DNA from: Candidatus Nitricoxidivorans perseverans | Lineage (GTDB): Bacteria > Pseudomonadota > Gammaproteobacteria > Burkholderiales > Rhodocyclaceae | Length of the DNA stretch: 64,000 nucleotides | Direction: 5' to 3' | Assembly: GCA_030246985.1 (NCBI GenBank) | Contig: CP107246.1 | Location: forward strand, 372,282-436,281 | Part shown: positions 1 through 10,527 of the stretch, one piece after another | How positions within the stretch are numbered: the first letter of the stretch is position 1 | Layout of the letters: each line of letters opens with the position of its first letter | The notes under the pieces: model-generated | Told to the model about the DNA's origin: nothing | Database searches by the model: none | Seen by the model: the letters and a program-made list of their open reading frames with translations, nothing else | Program-made: the position numbers and the translations under genes

Positions 1-232
1 CCAGCAGTTCCGGCATTGCGCGGCGCCCGGCCAGCCGCAGGCAGACGCCTTCGCCCAGCAGGGCGGCGAGCACGGTGACGAGCCAGAGGTCGATGGCCGG
101 CCAGCCGTAGAGCCAGAAACCGTAAAGCGTGGCGGGAACCAGCGTCGCGACGACGGTGAGCATGATGCGCGGGACGCTGTTGCCCGCGATGGCGTGCGGC
201 GCCGTGGGCGGTGCGGCGGTGGGCGGGGTCAT
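1..232 (-). CDS. rnfD: RnfD (electron transport complex subunit D), 5' part only; gene runs off the left edge
   Basis: Not in ORF track (open at window edge). Reverse-strand ATG at 232 gives [52 protein letters not shown]..., a hydrophobic RnfD/NqrB-like N-terminus. ATGA overlap (229-232) with the rnfC stop. Expected position in rnfABCD order. Confidence 0.7.
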   Translation of the reverse strand, partial: MTPPTAAPPTAPHAIAGNSVPRIMLTVVATLVPATLYGFWLYGWPAIDLWLVTVLAALLGEGVCLRLAGRRAMPELL

Positions 233-1716
233 GCGGCGGCTTTCTGGGCCGCGCGCTCGGCCTTGCGACGCGCGGCGGCGGCGGCCTTCTCCCTCGCTTC
301 GCGCTCCTGCCGTTCGATGCGGGCGGCGGCAAGGCGCCTGGTCGCGTCCATTTTGAGCCGGGCCCTTTCCCGCGCCCGGAGTTCGCCCTTGGCATGGGTG
401 AAGTACTGCACCAGCGGGATGCGGGAAGGGCAGATGTAGGCGCAGCAGCCGCAGGAGATGCAATCGCCAAGACCGATCGCCTCGGCGCCGGAAAGGTCGT
501 CGACGCGCACGCGGGCGACCATTTCCAGCGGCAGGAGGCCGATGGGGCAGGCGCGGATGCAGTTGCCGCATCGGACGCAGGGGCTGGCGTCGGGCGTGGC
601 GATTTCACCCTCGGCCAGCGCCAGGATGCCGGCCGTGCCCTTGACGATGGGTACCCGGGAATGGGGCAGCACGGCCCCCATCATCGGCCCGCCCATCAGC
701 AGGCGGGCCGGCTCGCTCTTGAGGCCGGCGAAGGCCAGCAGGTCGGACGCCAGCGTGCCGACCGGCGCGAGGATGTTGCCCGGCTGCCAGACCGCGCCGC
801 CGTTCATGGTGACGATGCGGCGGATCAGCGGCTCGCCCAGACGAATGGCGCGATGCACGGCGTTGGCGGTGCTCACGTTATTCACGATCACGCCGACGTC
901 GGCGGCGCGGCAGTCGGCGGGCACTTCCTTGCCGGTCAGCGTCTCGATCAACTGCCGGTCCGATCCCATCGGGTAGCGCGATGGCACGGGCCGCACCCTG
1001 ATTTCGGAAAATGGCGCGGCGGCCTTTCTCATGGCGGCGATGGATTCCGGCTTGTTGTCCTCGATGCCGACCAGCGCCTCACGCGCGCCGATGGCGTGCA
1101 TCATCAGGCGCACGCCGTCGATGACGCCGGCGGCGAAGTCCCGCATGACGCGGTCGTCGCAGGAGAGATAGGGCTCGCATTCGCCGCCGTTGACGATCAG
1201 CGTGGCGACGGCGGTGCGCTTGCCAAGGGCAAGCTTTACCGAGGACGGGAAGGTGGCGCCGCCCAGGCCCACCACGCCGGCCGCGGCGACGCGCTCGGTG
1301 ATTTCTTCGGGTGAAAGCGCGAAGGGATCGGCGGGCACGTCGGCATCGGCGGCCTTGTCCGCACCGTCGGATTCGAGGGTGATGGCATGGAAGGGCAGGC
1401 CCGACGGATGCGGCGCGGTGATCTCGCCGATGGCGGCGACGATGCCCGAGGTCGGCGCGTGGATGGGCGCGGAGACTTTGCCACGAGGTTCGGCGATCAA
1501 CTGGCCTTTCAGCACCTTCTGCCCGACCAGCACGATGGGCCGCGCCGGCTGGCCGGCGTGCTGCAAGAGCGGCACGTAAAGACGTGGCGGCATCGGCAGC
1601 GTGCGCAGGGGCGCGTCGGCGGCCGGCCGTTTTCGGTCGTCCGGATGCACCCCCCATTTCGGCGGGGCGGATCGGTGCAGGATTCTTTCAATCAGTCCCA
1701 TCGTCGCGTGCCTCAT
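229..1716 (-). CDS. rnfC: RnfC (electron transport complex subunit C)
   Basis: ORF 229..1815. RnfC-like sequence ([11 protein letters not shown]..., GGATFPS..., [11 protein letters not shown]). Two ferredoxin motifs: [12 protein letters not shown] and [12 protein letters not shown]. Start set at ATG 1716, which forms an ATGA overlap with the rnfB stop (ATG 1701 is an alternative). Confidence 0.9.
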   Translation of the reverse strand: MRHATMGLIERILHRSAPPKWGVHPDDRKRPAADAPLRTLPMPPRLYVPLLQHAGQPARPIVLVGQKVLKGQLIAEPRGKVSAPIHAPTSGIVAAIGEITAPHPSGLPFHAITLESDGADKAADADVPADPFALSPEEITERVAAAGVVGLGGATFPSSVKLALGKRTAVATLIVNGGECEPYLSCDDRVMRDFAAGVIDGVRLMMHAIGAREALVGIEDNKPESIAAMRKAAAPFSEIRVRPVPSRYPMGSDRQLIETLTGKEVPADCRAADVGVIVNNVSTANAVHRAIRLGEPLIRRIVTMNGGAVWQPGNILAPVGTLASDLLAFAGLKSEPARLLMGGPMMGAVLPHSRVPIVKGTAGILALAEGEIATPDASPCVRCGNCIRACPIGLLPLEMVARVRVDDLSGAEAIGLGDCISCGCCAYICPSRIPLVQYFTHAKGELRARERARLKMDATRRLAAARIERQEREAREKAAAAARRKAERAAQKAAA

Positions 1717-2240
1717 GCCATCGCTGGCTTCGGCCAGACCCAGTGTTGCAGCGCCACCGGCACCGGCTTCAGGGTCACGGCTTCTGTCGGGCAGCGATCG
1801 ACGCAGTTGCCGCAACCGGTGCAGGCTTCACGGATCACGTTGTGGATCTGCCTGGCGGCGCCGACGATGGCGTCGGTCGGACAGACCTTGATGCAGCGGC
1901 AGCAGCCGATGCAGATTTCCTCCCTTACCTCCGCAAGCCTGGGGCCTTCGTCGACCACGGAAGCCAGGTCCAGCGCGACGCCGATCCTGGCGGCCAGCGC
2001 CGCGGCCAGCGCCTTGCCGCCGGGCGGACAGCAGGTGACGGCGGCCTCGCGCGCGGCGATGGCGCGGGCGGCGCCGGCGCAGCCGGGCAGGCCGCACTGG
2101 CCGCAGTTCGAGCCCGGCATCAGCGCCTCGATTTCGCCGATCAGCGGGTCGGTTTCGACGGCGAACTTGCGCGCGGCGATGCCCAGGGCCAGGCCGAGCG
2201 CGGCGCCGAGGAGGGTGAGGCTGGCAATGGCCGCGATCAT
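1713..2240 (-). CDS. rnfB: RnfB (electron transport complex subunit B, Fe-S)
   Basis: Last 175 aa of ORF 1713..2744: [16 protein letters not shown]... N-terminal TM helix, CGQCGLPGC motif, then [12 protein letters not shown] and [12 protein letters not shown] 4Fe-4S motifs. ATGA overlap with the rnfA stop at 2237-2240. Confidence 0.9.
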   Translation of the reverse strand: MIAAIASLTLLGAALGLALGIAARKFAVETDPLIGEIEALMPGSNCGQCGLPGCAGAARAIAAREAAVTCCPPGGKALAAALAARIGVALDLASVVDEGPRLAEVREEICIGCCRCIKVCPTDAIVGAARQIHNVIREACTGCGNCVDRCPTEAVTLKPVPVALQHWVWPKPAMA

Positions 2241-2821
2241 TTGAAGTTCAATCCGGAAAATCCCATGAAGGCGAGCGACATCAGGCTGGCCAGCACGAAG
2301 GCGATGGGAGCGCCGTTGAATGCGGCCGGCACCGCTGCCCGCGCCAGCCGTTCGCGCATGCCGGCGAACATCACCATCGCCAGCGTGAATCCGATAGCGG
2401 AGCCGAAGTCGTAGACCATCGTGGTGACGAAATTGTGTTTTTCCTGCACGTTGATCAGCGGCAGGCCCAGCACGGCGCAGTTGGTGGCGATCAGCGGCAG
2501 GTAGATGCCGAGCATCCGGTGGAGGTCGGGCGCCATCTTGCGAATCGCGAGCTCGACGAACTGCACGGTCGCGGCGATGACCAGGACGAAGGTCATGATG
2601 CGCAGGAAGCCAAGCCCCAGCGGCGCCAGCAGCCAGTGTTCGAGGATCCAGCTCATGGCGGCGGCCAGAACGATGACGAAGCTGGTGGCCAGGCCCATGC
2701 CCAGCGCGCCGTCCAGGCGCCTGGACACGCCCATGAAAGGACACAGGCCGAGAAATTTCACCAGCACCACGTTATTCACGAGCGCGGTGGTCACCAGCAG
2801 GATCAGGAATTCGCCCATCAT
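2237..2821 (-). CDS. rnfA: RnfA (electron transport complex subunit A)
   Basis: [33 protein letters not shown]... is colinear from residue 1 with RnfA/RsxA as remembered. Polytopic membrane protein. The upstream part of ORF 2237..2953 is discarded. Confidence 0.9.
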   Translation of the reverse strand: MMGEFLILLVTTALVNNVVLVKFLGLCPFMGVSRRLDGALGMGLATSFVIVLAAAMSWILEHWLLAPLGLGFLRIMTFVLVIAATVQFVELAIRKMAPDLHRMLGIYLPLIATNCAVLGLPLINVQEKHNFVTTMVYDFGSAIGFTLAMVMFAGMRERLARAAVPAAFNGAPIAFVLASLMSLAFMGFSGLNFK

Positions 2822-2833
2822 GCCGTTCCGACA

Positions 2834-2848
2834 GCAGGGTTCATGCCA
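2834..2848 (-). promoter_or_regulatory. sigma54-type -24/-12 motif upstream of rnfA (TGGCAT-N5-CTGC)
   Basis: The reverse strand reads CCTGGCATGAACCCTGCTGTCGGAACGGCATG. The -12 C (2834) lies 13 nt before the A of the rnfA ATG (2821). A NifA-type UAS lies about 90 bp upstream. Confidence 0.4.
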
Positions 2849-2936
2849 GGCTGAAAATTGCCCCCGTGACCGGCAAGCCCGCACCGGAATGGGGGTTCCG
2901 GGCGCATCGCATGCACTTCGACGGCGCAGCAATGAT

Positions 2937-2952
2937 TGTCGCAACTCCGACA
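2937..2952. promoter_or_regulatory. NifA-type upstream activator sequence TGT-N10-ACA in the rnfA/nifL-like divergent intergenic region
   Basis: TGTCGCAACTCCGACA read directly. It lies between the two divergent sigma54-like motifs. Confidence 0.5.
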
Positions 2953-3002
2953 ATCGGGGGGAATCGCAACAGAAAGGCCGCGGATCGGCGGTCGTGAGCC
3001 CA

Positions 3003-3017
3003 TGGCACGGAATCTGC
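3003..3017 (+). promoter_or_regulatory. sigma54-type -24/-12 motif upstream of the nifL-like gene (TGGCAC-N5-CTGC)
   Basis: TGGCACGGAATCTGC read directly. The -12 C (3017) lies 14 nt before the ATG at 3031. Confidence 0.4.
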
Positions 3018-3030
3018 GTAGTGCCTGCTC

Positions 3031-3767
3031 ATGGAAACCAAACTCTCCGAAGCGATGCTGTTGGCCGGGCTGGCCGAGGAATCGCGCGTGGACGATCTGA
3101 GGGAAGCGCTCTCGGCGGCCGTCTTCCAGATGGAAGGCCCGGTCAATGTGATGGCCTCGGTGCTGGCCACCATGGAACGGCGCGGATGCTGCCATGGCGC
3201 CGGCTTCGCCATTGGCGAAGCCCTGGCCGCCGCCCGTGCCGCGGTGGCCACGCTTCGCGGCGCCATACCGGAACACCGGTGGGAAGCGCCGACGGCGGTC
3301 AATCTCAACGATATCCTGCGGGACGTGCTGCAACTGTCCACGTCGCGCCTTCTGGCCACCGGCATCACGGTCACCTGCCAGCCCCAGCCGGTGCTGCACT
3401 CCGTGGCCGGCTACCCCAACCGCCTGCGGGCCATGGTCAAGGCATTGGTGGACAACGCCATCGAGGCCATGGACGGCCGCGGATGGAAAACGCGGGAGCT
3501 GTTTCTCGCCACCGCCGCGGAGGATGGCCGCATCGAGCTGGTGATCGAGGACAGCGGGCCGGGCATTCCGCCCGCCCTGCGCCTGAAGGTTTTCGAGCCC
3601 TTCTATTCCACCCGCAAGGACGGCGGGCATCTCGGCACCGGCCTGGCCACCGCCCGCCAGATCGCCCTGGACCACGGCGGCGGCATCGATCTCGAACCGC
3701 GCGAGGCGGGCGGTTGCCGTGTGCGAGTGACGCTGCCCCTGCGCAACACCGTCGGGGATGGCGAATC

Positions 3768-3771
<4 letters not shown>
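3031..3771 (+). CDS. nifL: NifL-like anti-activator, short form (H-domain-like helix plus GHKL ATPase domain, no PAS domains)
   Basis: 246 aa. LREALSAAVFQMEGPVNVMASVLATMERRG resembles the NifL central helical region. GHKL motifs: VDNAIEAM (N box), EDSGPGI (G1), GTGLATARQIA (G2). ATGA overlap with the downstream nifA-like gene. Only 210 nt separate it from the divergent rnfA start, so upstream PAS domains cannot be encoded. Confidence 0.65.
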
Positions 3772-4694
<923 letters not shown>

Positions 4695-4753
4695 GGCTTT
4701 GACCGCCGCGGCGAACGGGCTATAGTTGTTGCTCTTCGGCATCCATTCGGGAT

Positions 4754-6757
4754 ATGCGGCCGAAACGGGGGGCGAACGGTGCGATGAACCCGAAGCTTGG
4801 AACCATCCTGCACAGCGAGGCGACGGCCTGGAGCGTCCTGGCCGTCTCCATCGTCATAACGGCCATGGCGTGGTTCGTTTCGAACACCTTCCTGGAGCGG
4901 GACGCCGAGGAACGGTTCAACGCCGCCGTCCAGCGCGCCCGGCACAACATCTCCGAGCGGATGACGGCCTACCAGGAGATCCTCCGGGCGGGCGCCGGGC
5001 TCGTCGACAGCAGCGAGCATGTGACGCGCGGGGAATGGAAGGCCTTCGTCGAGGCGCTCCAGATCGACAGGACCTATCCGGGCATCCAGGGGCTGGGTTA
5101 CGCCGTCATGGTGCCTCCGGCGCGCAAGGCCGCGCTGGAGGCCTCGGTCCGTGGGGAGGGCTTCCCGGATTTCGCCATCTGGCCGGCGGGACGTCGCGAT
5201 CCATACAGCGCCATCGTCTATCTGGAACCCTTTGACTGGCGCAACCGGCGGGCCTTCGGCTACGACATGTTCTCGGAGCCGGTGCGCCGGGAGGCCATGG
5301 AGCGCGCCCGCGACACGGGCCAGATCGCCATGTCCGCCCGCGTGATCCTCGTTCAGGAGACCGGGCGCGACGTCCAGATGGGAACGCTGCTCTACATGCC
5401 CATCTACCGCGGCGGGCAGCGCCCGGCCACGGTGGCGGGCCGGCGCGCCGCGCTGGAGGCTTTCGTATACAGCCCGTTCCGGATCGGGGACCTCATGCGC
5501 GGCATCCTGGGGTTGGGCCTTCCGCAGCTCCATTTCGAGCTCTATGACGGCGCACCGGGCGACGATGCCCTGATGTACCGCTTCGAGGCCCTGATGGAGC
5601 GGAACAACGGCAGCCTGCCGGCGCGCACGCGGCACCGGCCGCGCTTCACCGCCGACATCCCGATCGACGTGGCCGGCAGGCGGTGGACGGCCCGCTTCAC
5701 CAGCAGCACCCATTTCGAGGAGGCCGTCTCCAGCGCGCAGCCCGCCCTGATCGCCGCGGGCGGCCTGCTGGCGGACCTGCTCCTGTTCGCGACGCTGTTT
5801 TCGGTTTCCCGGAGCCGGCGCATTCTGGCCTGCGAGCGGGAGCGGTTCCACGCGGCCGTCGAGGCCGCGCCGGTGGCGATGCTCATGGTGGATGCCGAAG
5901 GCCGCATCGTGCTCGCCAACGAAAACGCGGAGCAGTTGTTCGGCTACGCGCGAGAGGCGTTGATCGGGCGAAAGATCGACATGCTGATACCGGACGACGC
6001 GCGGGAACGGCACGCCGCCTTCGTCCGAGGCTTCATGACCGAATGCGGCGCGCGGCGCATGGGGGCGGGGCGGGATATCTTCGGCCGGCGCAAGGACGGC
6101 ACGAACGTGGCCGTGGAGATCGGCCTGGGCAGCGTGGAGACCGACGCGGGGCGTTTCGTCATCGCGGCCATCACCGACATCACCGAGCGGAAGGCGTTCG
6201 AGGCGGAGCGGGCCCGTGCGGAAGAGACGATCCGCGACATGGCTTTTCACGACTCCATGACCCAGTTGCCCAACCGGCGGCTGCTGTCCGACCGCATGCG
6301 GCAAGCCATGGCGGCGGCGCGGCGCACCCGGCGGCACGGCGCCCTGCTGTTCATCGACCTGGACAACTTCAAGTCGCTCAACGACAGCCTGGGACACGAC
6401 ATGGGCGACAAGCTGCTGGTGGAGGTGGCGCGGCGCCTGGAGGAATGTGTCCGCTACGGAGACACGGTGGCGCGGCTGGGCGGCGACGAGTTCGTGGTCA
6501 TGCTGACGGGGCTGTCCGAAGAGGTTGCGGAAGCCACGGCACAGGCACGGCAGGTCGGCAGAAAGATTCTCGACGCGCTCAACGAGCCCTACCGGCTCGA
6601 TGCGCATGTCCATCGCAGCTCCCCCAGCATCGGCGCCACCCTCTTCATGGACGATCGCGAGGACATGGACGCCATTCTCAAGCGGGCCGACGCGGCCATG
6701 TACCAGGTCAAGGCGTCCGGACGGAACGCCCTGCGCTTCTTCGACGCCGACGGGTGA
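4754..6757 (+). CDS. CHASE-PAS-GGDEF diguanylate cyclase (membrane sensor)
   Basis: 667 aa. N-terminal TM helix, periplasmic CHASE-like region (GIQGLGYAV..., YLEPFDWRNRRAFGYDMFSEP), a second TM helix, and a PAS domain (VAMLMVDAEGRIVLANENAEQLFGY). GGDEF domain with intact RLGGDEF and an RxxD I-site (RYGD) 5 residues upstream. ATG 4784 is an alternative start. Confidence 0.85.
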   Translation: MRPKRGANGAMNPKLGTILHSEATAWSVLAVSIVITAMAWFVSNTFLERDAEERFNAAVQRARHNISERMTAYQEILRAGAGLVDSSEHVTRGEWKAFVEALQIDRTYPGIQGLGYAVMVPPARKAALEASVRGEGFPDFAIWPAGRRDPYSAIVYLEPFDWRNRRAFGYDMFSEPVRREAMERARDTGQIAMSARVILVQETGRDVQMGTLLYMPIYRGGQRPATVAGRRAALEAFVYSPFRIGDLMRGILGLGLPQLHFELYDGAPGDDALMYRFEALMERNNGSLPARTRHRPRFTADIPIDVAGRRWTARFTSSTHFEEAVSSAQPALIAAGGLLADLLLFATLFSVSRSRRILACERERFHAAVEAAPVAMLMVDAEGRIVLANENAEQLFGYAREALIGRKIDMLIPDDARERHAAFVRGFMTECGARRMGAGRDIFGRRKDGTNVAVEIGLGSVETDAGRFVIAAITDITERKAFEAERARAEETIRDMAFHDSMTQLPNRRLLSDRMRQAMAAARRTRRHGALLFIDLDNFKSLNDSLGHDMGDKLLVEVARRLEECVRYGDTVARLGGDEFVVMLTGLSEEVAEATAQARQVGRKILDALNEPYRLDAHVHRSSPSIGATLFMDDREDMDAILKRADAAMYQVKASGRNALRFFDADG

Positions 6758-6758
6758 T

Positions 6759-6774
6759 TGTGCGATTGGCGACA
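6759..6774. promoter_or_regulatory. NifA UAS (TGT-N10-ACA) upstream of nifB
   Basis: TGTGCGATTGGCGACA read directly, about 50 bp upstream of the nifB sigma54 motif. Confidence 0.6.
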
Positions 6775-6814
6775 ATCGCCTCGCGCACCCCAGCGCAATC
6801 AATGCGTTAGCCGC

Positions 6815-6830
6815 TGGCACAGGCGTTGCT
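6815..6830 (+). promoter_or_regulatory. sigma54 promoter of nifB (TGGCAC-N5-TTGCT)
   Basis: TGGCACAGGCGTTGCT is a consensus -24/-12 motif. GGAGA RBS at 6852-6856 and GTG start at 6863. Confidence 0.75.
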
Positions 6831-6862
6831 CCGGGAGAGTAAACCTCTTGCGGAGAAACGAC

Positions 6863-8323
6863 GTGGCGTTCCAGACGGTCACCCCCATCGCGGTCAAGGG
6901 CGGTTGCGGCGCAACCGGGTGCGGCGCATCGGACGGGCGGACGGGCGCGCTGCCCGACCACGTCCGCCGCAAGGTGGAAGACCATCCCTGCTATTCCGAG
7001 CGGGCGCACCACCACTTCGCGCGCATGCACCTGGCCGTGGCGCCGGCCTGCAACATCCAGTGCCACTACTGCAACCGCAAGTACGACTGTTCGAACGAAT
7101 CGCGCCCCGGCGTCGTCTCCGAACTGCTCAAGCCCGGCCAGGCCGCCCGCAAGGCGCTCGCCGTCGCGGCGGCGATCCCGCAGACGAGCGTGGTGGGCAT
7201 CGCCGGCCCCGGCGACCCCCTGGCCAATCCGGCGCGCACCTTCGCCACCTTCCGCGCCATCGCGGAAAAGGCACCCGACCTCAAGCTGTGCGTCTCCACC
7301 AACGGGTTGGCCCTGCCCGACCATGTGGATGAACTCGCGCGGCTCGGCGTGGACCACGTGACCATCACCATCAACTGCATCGACCCGGACGTGGGCGCGA
7401 AGATATACCCGTGGATCCTCTGGAAGCGCAAGCGCGTGTTCGGCCGCGAGGCGTCCGAAATCCTGGTCGCGCGGCAGTTGCGGGGGCTGGAGATGCTCGC
7501 GGCGCGCGGCATCCTCGCCAAGGTCAATTCGGTGATGATCCCCGGCATCAACGACCGGCACCTCGTCGAGGTGTCGAAGGCGGTCAAGGCGCGCGGCGCA
7601 TTCCTGCACAACGTGATGCCGCTGATCGCCGACCCCGCGCACGGCACGTACTACGGCCTCGCGGGCCGGCGCGGACCGACGCCCGCCGAACTCAAGGCGC
7701 TCCAGGACGAGTGCGAAGGCGACATGGCGATGATGCGCCACTGCCGCCAGTGCCGCGCCGACGCGGTCGGCATGCTCGGCGAGGACCGCGGCGCCGAATT
7801 CACCATGGACAGGATCGATGCCATGGAGATCGACCACGCAGCCGCCATGGCGCGCCGCGCCGCGTTCCGCGCGGACGTCGGGCAGCAGGCACGCGCCCCG
7901 GCGCCGCAACCCGTCGCGCTGCATCTGCCGGCGCGACGCGATGCAGGCCGGCCGGTGCTGATGGCGGTGGCGACGCGCGGGCAGGGCCTCGTCAACGAGC
8001 ACTTCGGCCATGCGCGCGAGTTCCTGGTCTACGAGGCGACGGCAGCCGGCGCGCGGCTCGTCGGCGTGCGCAAGACCGAGCTTTTCTGCGGCGGTCAGGA
8101 GACCTGCGGCGACGACGAGGACCTGCTCGCGCGCAACCTGCGCGCGCTCGAAGGCTGCGAGGCCGTGCTGTGCGCGCGCATCGGCCTCGAACCCTGGCGC
8201 GAGCTGGAGGCCGCCGGCATCCGGCCCGACAGCGCGCATGCGATGGAGCCGATCGAGGAGGCCGTCATGGCCCTCTGGCGCGCGATGCGTCCGATGGAGC
8301 AGCGCGAGATCGCGGCGGCGTAA
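6863..8323 (+). CDS. nifB: NifB (FeMo-cofactor biosynthesis radical SAM protein with C-terminal NifX-like domain)
   Basis: ORF 6758..8323. HPCYSERAHHHFARMHLAVAPACNIQCHYCNRKYDC radical SAM motif. C-terminal NifX-like domain (LMAVATRGQGLVNEHFGHAREFLVYE). Start proposed at GTG 6863, downstream of the promoter and 6 nt after GGAGAA. Confidence 0.9.
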   Translation: MAFQTVTPIAVKGGCGATGCGASDGRTGALPDHVRRKVEDHPCYSERAHHHFARMHLAVAPACNIQCHYCNRKYDCSNESRPGVVSELLKPGQAARKALAVAAAIPQTSVVGIAGPGDPLANPARTFATFRAIAEKAPDLKLCVSTNGLALPDHVDELARLGVDHVTITINCIDPDVGAKIYPWILWKRKRVFGREASEILVARQLRGLEMLAARGILAKVNSVMIPGINDRHLVEVSKAVKARGAFLHNVMPLIADPAHGTYYGLAGRRGPTPAELKALQDECEGDMAMMRHCRQCRADAVGMLGEDRGAEFTMDRIDAMEIDHAAAMARRAAFRADVGQQARAPAPQPVALHLPARRDAGRPVLMAVATRGQGLVNEHFGHAREFLVYEATAAGARLVGVRKTELFCGGQETCGDDEDLLARNLRALEGCEAVLCARIGLEPWRELEAAGIRPDSAHAMEPIEEAVMALWRAMRPMEQREIAAA

Positions 8324-8326
8324 GCC

Positions 8327-9214
8327 ATGATCCTCCGCGCCGAGGCCGCCTGGCTCGGCCTGGCGCTGGGCGACGCGCTGGGCGCCACGGTCGAGTTCAT
8401 GACGCCGCGCGAGATTCAAGCCCGGCACGGCATCCACCGGGAGCTGCGCGGCGGCGGCTGGCTGCGCCTGCGGCCCGGCCAGGTCACGGACGACACGACC
8501 ATGAGCCTGGCGCTGGGCGATGCCATCCTCGCCGACGGCGGGCGCGTCGAGCCGCTTTCATGCGCCCGCGCATTCGACGCATGGATGCGCGCCAAGCCCG
8601 TCGACATCGGCAACACGGTACGCCGCAACCTGATCCGGTTCCGCCGTACCGGCGAACCCGAGGCGCCGCCCTCGGAGCACGACGCCGGCAACGGCGCGGC
8701 GATGCGCGTGCTGCCCGTGGCGCTGGCCACGCTGGGGCGCGGCGAGAACGAAGTGCGCGCCGCCGTGCGCGCCCAGGCGCATGTCACGCACCACAACCCG
8801 GACTCCGACGCCGCCTGCGCGTTCCTCGCGCTCGCCGTGCGGGACGCCGTGCGCGGCGCGCGCCTGCCGGAGCTCTACCGACGGCGCATCCGGCCGTTCG
8901 TGGAAGCGCATCCGGGATTCGCCTTTCGTTCACGCCGCCGCGAGAATCCGAGCGGCTGGATCGTCGAGACGATGCAGGCCGTGCTCCAGGCCCTGCTCGA
9001 CACCGGCGGTTTCGAGGAATGCCTGACCGACGTCGTCAACCGCGGCGGCGACTCGGACACCACCGGCGCCATCGCCGGCATGCTCGCCGGCGCGCTCTAC
9101 GGCCCGGAAGCCCTGCCCCCGCGCTGGCTCAGGACGCTCGACGCGGGGATACGGGAGAATTGCCGCCGGCAGGCGCGGGAGTTGGTGTCAGGCGGGCTGA
9201 AGCGTTCAACGTGA
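8327..9214 (+). CDS. draG: DraG (ADP-ribosyl-[dinitrogenase reductase] glycohydrolase)
   Basis: 295 aa. LGLALGDALGATVEFMTPREIQARHGIHRELRGGGWLRLRPGQVTDDTTMSLALG, DAGNGAAMRVLP and GGDSDTTGAIAGMLAGALYG match DraG as remembered from Rhodospirillum. It starts 3 nt after the nifB stop. Confidence 0.85.
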   Translation: MILRAEAAWLGLALGDALGATVEFMTPREIQARHGIHRELRGGGWLRLRPGQVTDDTTMSLALGDAILADGGRVEPLSCARAFDAWMRAKPVDIGNTVRRNLIRFRRTGEPEAPPSEHDAGNGAAMRVLPVALATLGRGENEVRAAVRAQAHVTHHNPDSDAACAFLALAVRDAVRGARLPELYRRRIRPFVEAHPGFAFRSRRRENPSGWIVETMQAVLQALLDTGGFEECLTDVVNRGGDSDTTGAIAGMLAGALYGPEALPPRWLRTLDAGIRENCRRQARELVSGGLKRST

Positions 9215-9257
9215 TAATGACCACCCCCGCATATTCCGGATTGGCGTAACAGAACCC

Positions 9258-9815
9258 ATGGCGCTGAAATCAACCATCTTCAAGATCGAGCTGCAACTGG
9301 CGGACCTGGACCGCAACCGCTACCAGACCCATTCCCTGACCCTCGCGCGCCATCCCTCCGAGACCGACGAGCGGATGATGGTGCGGCTGATCGCCTTCGC
9401 CCTGCATGCAGATCCCGCCCTGGAATTCGGCAAGGGATTGTCAGCGGACGACGAGCCCGACCTGTGGCGCAAGGACCTGACCGGGACGATCGAGCAGTGG
9501 ATCGAGATCGGCCTGCCCGACGAAAAGCGGCTGCGCAAGGCCCGCGGCCGGGCCGCCGAAGTCTGCGTCGTGTCGTATGGCGGGCGCGCCGCCGATCTGT
9601 GGTGGGAACAGGGCCAGCCTGCGCTACGCAAGCTCGACAAGCTGTCGGTCATCAACCTGCCCGGTGATCAGACGAAATCGCTCGCGAGCCATGCGGTTCG
9701 CACCATGTCGATCAACTGCACGATCCAGGAAGGCGATCTCCTCCTGGTCATGGGCGAAGAGACGTTCCACCTCGTTCCCGAGTACCGATTGCGCCCATCG
9801 GGGTCGCGTCGGTAA
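9258..9815 (+). CDS. yaeQ: YaeQ family protein
   Basis: 185 aa. MALKSTIFKIELQLADLDRNRYQTHSLTLARHPSETDERMMVRLIAFAL... is the typical YaeQ N-terminus. Confidence 0.8.
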   Translation: MALKSTIFKIELQLADLDRNRYQTHSLTLARHPSETDERMMVRLIAFALHADPALEFGKGLSADDEPDLWRKDLTGTIEQWIEIGLPDEKRLRKARGRAAEVCVVSYGGRAADLWWEQGQPALRKLDKLSVINLPGDQTKSLASHAVRTMSINCTIQEGDLLLVMGEETFHLVPEYRLRPSGSRR

Positions 9816-9867
9816 TCGAACCGGATGGGCATTGCATCAAAGCGGCAGAAGGAAATGCCGCGCTTCG

Positions 9868-9945
9868 CTCCGGTACCGCCAGCCCCGACTCCGCCCGCTT
9901 GAGCGCGTCCATGATCTGGCTGTCCGTGAATTTCGACTTCTTCAT
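9868..9945 (-). pseudogene. IS3-family transposase orfA remnant (about the first 26 codons only)
   Basis: Within ORF 9748..9987. MKKSKFTDSQIMDALKRAESGLAVPE matches the conserved N-terminus of IS3-family OrfA (HTH). The sequence loses similarity afterwards, and no orfB or inverted repeats were seen. Confidence 0.55.
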
Positions 9946-10083
9946 GTAGAGAACTTCCCCTTTCGAGAAAATTCTACTTCCGACCACCTCTATTTGCCGG
10001 GGGGATTACCCATCTCCGCCACCCCGAGGGTGTGGCGCTTCTCGTCCCAGGTCGACATGGTGCTATCACCCCCGACAAAACCA

Positions 10084-10527
10084 TTAGCCATCGTCGTCCC
10101 CATCAAGCGATGCCATGGCTTCTTGTACCTGGGCCACAAGGCAGTCGGTCGCGGCGAGCAACTCGGTCAGCAACGCTTCGTCCACGTCCATATAGCCTTC
10201 GTATTCCGCCAGATTGCGGCGTTCATGGCACAGCGCAAACATCCGAACCTGGGCCTTGCTTGCGTCGATCGTGTGTATCAGGCACTGGAACACCAGATAG
10301 CGCCTGTCCGAACGGTAGCCTTGCAGGCGCAGCGCCGTCAGCGCCAGAGCATGGGCAGCGTTGTAGGCCAGGTCGAAACGGCTGGCGAAAGACAGTGCCG
10401 GGCTGTGGGCATCCTTCAGCCGGTCAATGGCGGAACGCAGCAAACCTTCGCACTCCTTGCGATCAGGTGGCTCCGTGTTGAGGCCACCGCTGCGCATCAG
10501 GTTTTCCAGGTTGTCTTTACCGCTCAT
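10084..10527 (-). CDS. HEPN-domain protein (putative toxin of a HEPN/MNT pair)
   Basis: 147 aa, helical, with an ERRNLAEYEG motif (R-x4-Y/H type HEPN signature). It overlaps the upstream nucleotidyltransferase gene by 11 nt. Confidence 0.55.
   Translation of the reverse strand: MSGKDNLENLMRSGGLNTEPPDRKECEGLLRSAIDRLKDAHSPALSFASRFDLAYNAAHALALTALRLQGYRSDRRYLVFQCLIHTIDASKAQVRMFALCHERRNLAEYEGYMDVDEALLTELLAATDCLVAQVQEAMASLDGDDDG

Noticed and set aside
2505-3767. N-terminal 421 codons of ORF 2505..4694. They would give the NifA-like protein a long N-terminal domain.
   Set aside because: This part overlaps rnfA antisense and the nifL-like CDS out of frame. It has no GAF-like pattern and is Arg/Gly/Pro-rich. 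A proper start with ATGA coupling exists at 3768.
7411-9249. 612-aa plus-strand ORF spanning the nifB 3' half and draG in another frame.
   Set aside because: It is an alternative frame of two well-supported genes. It is extremely Arg-rich (RRRxRR runs).
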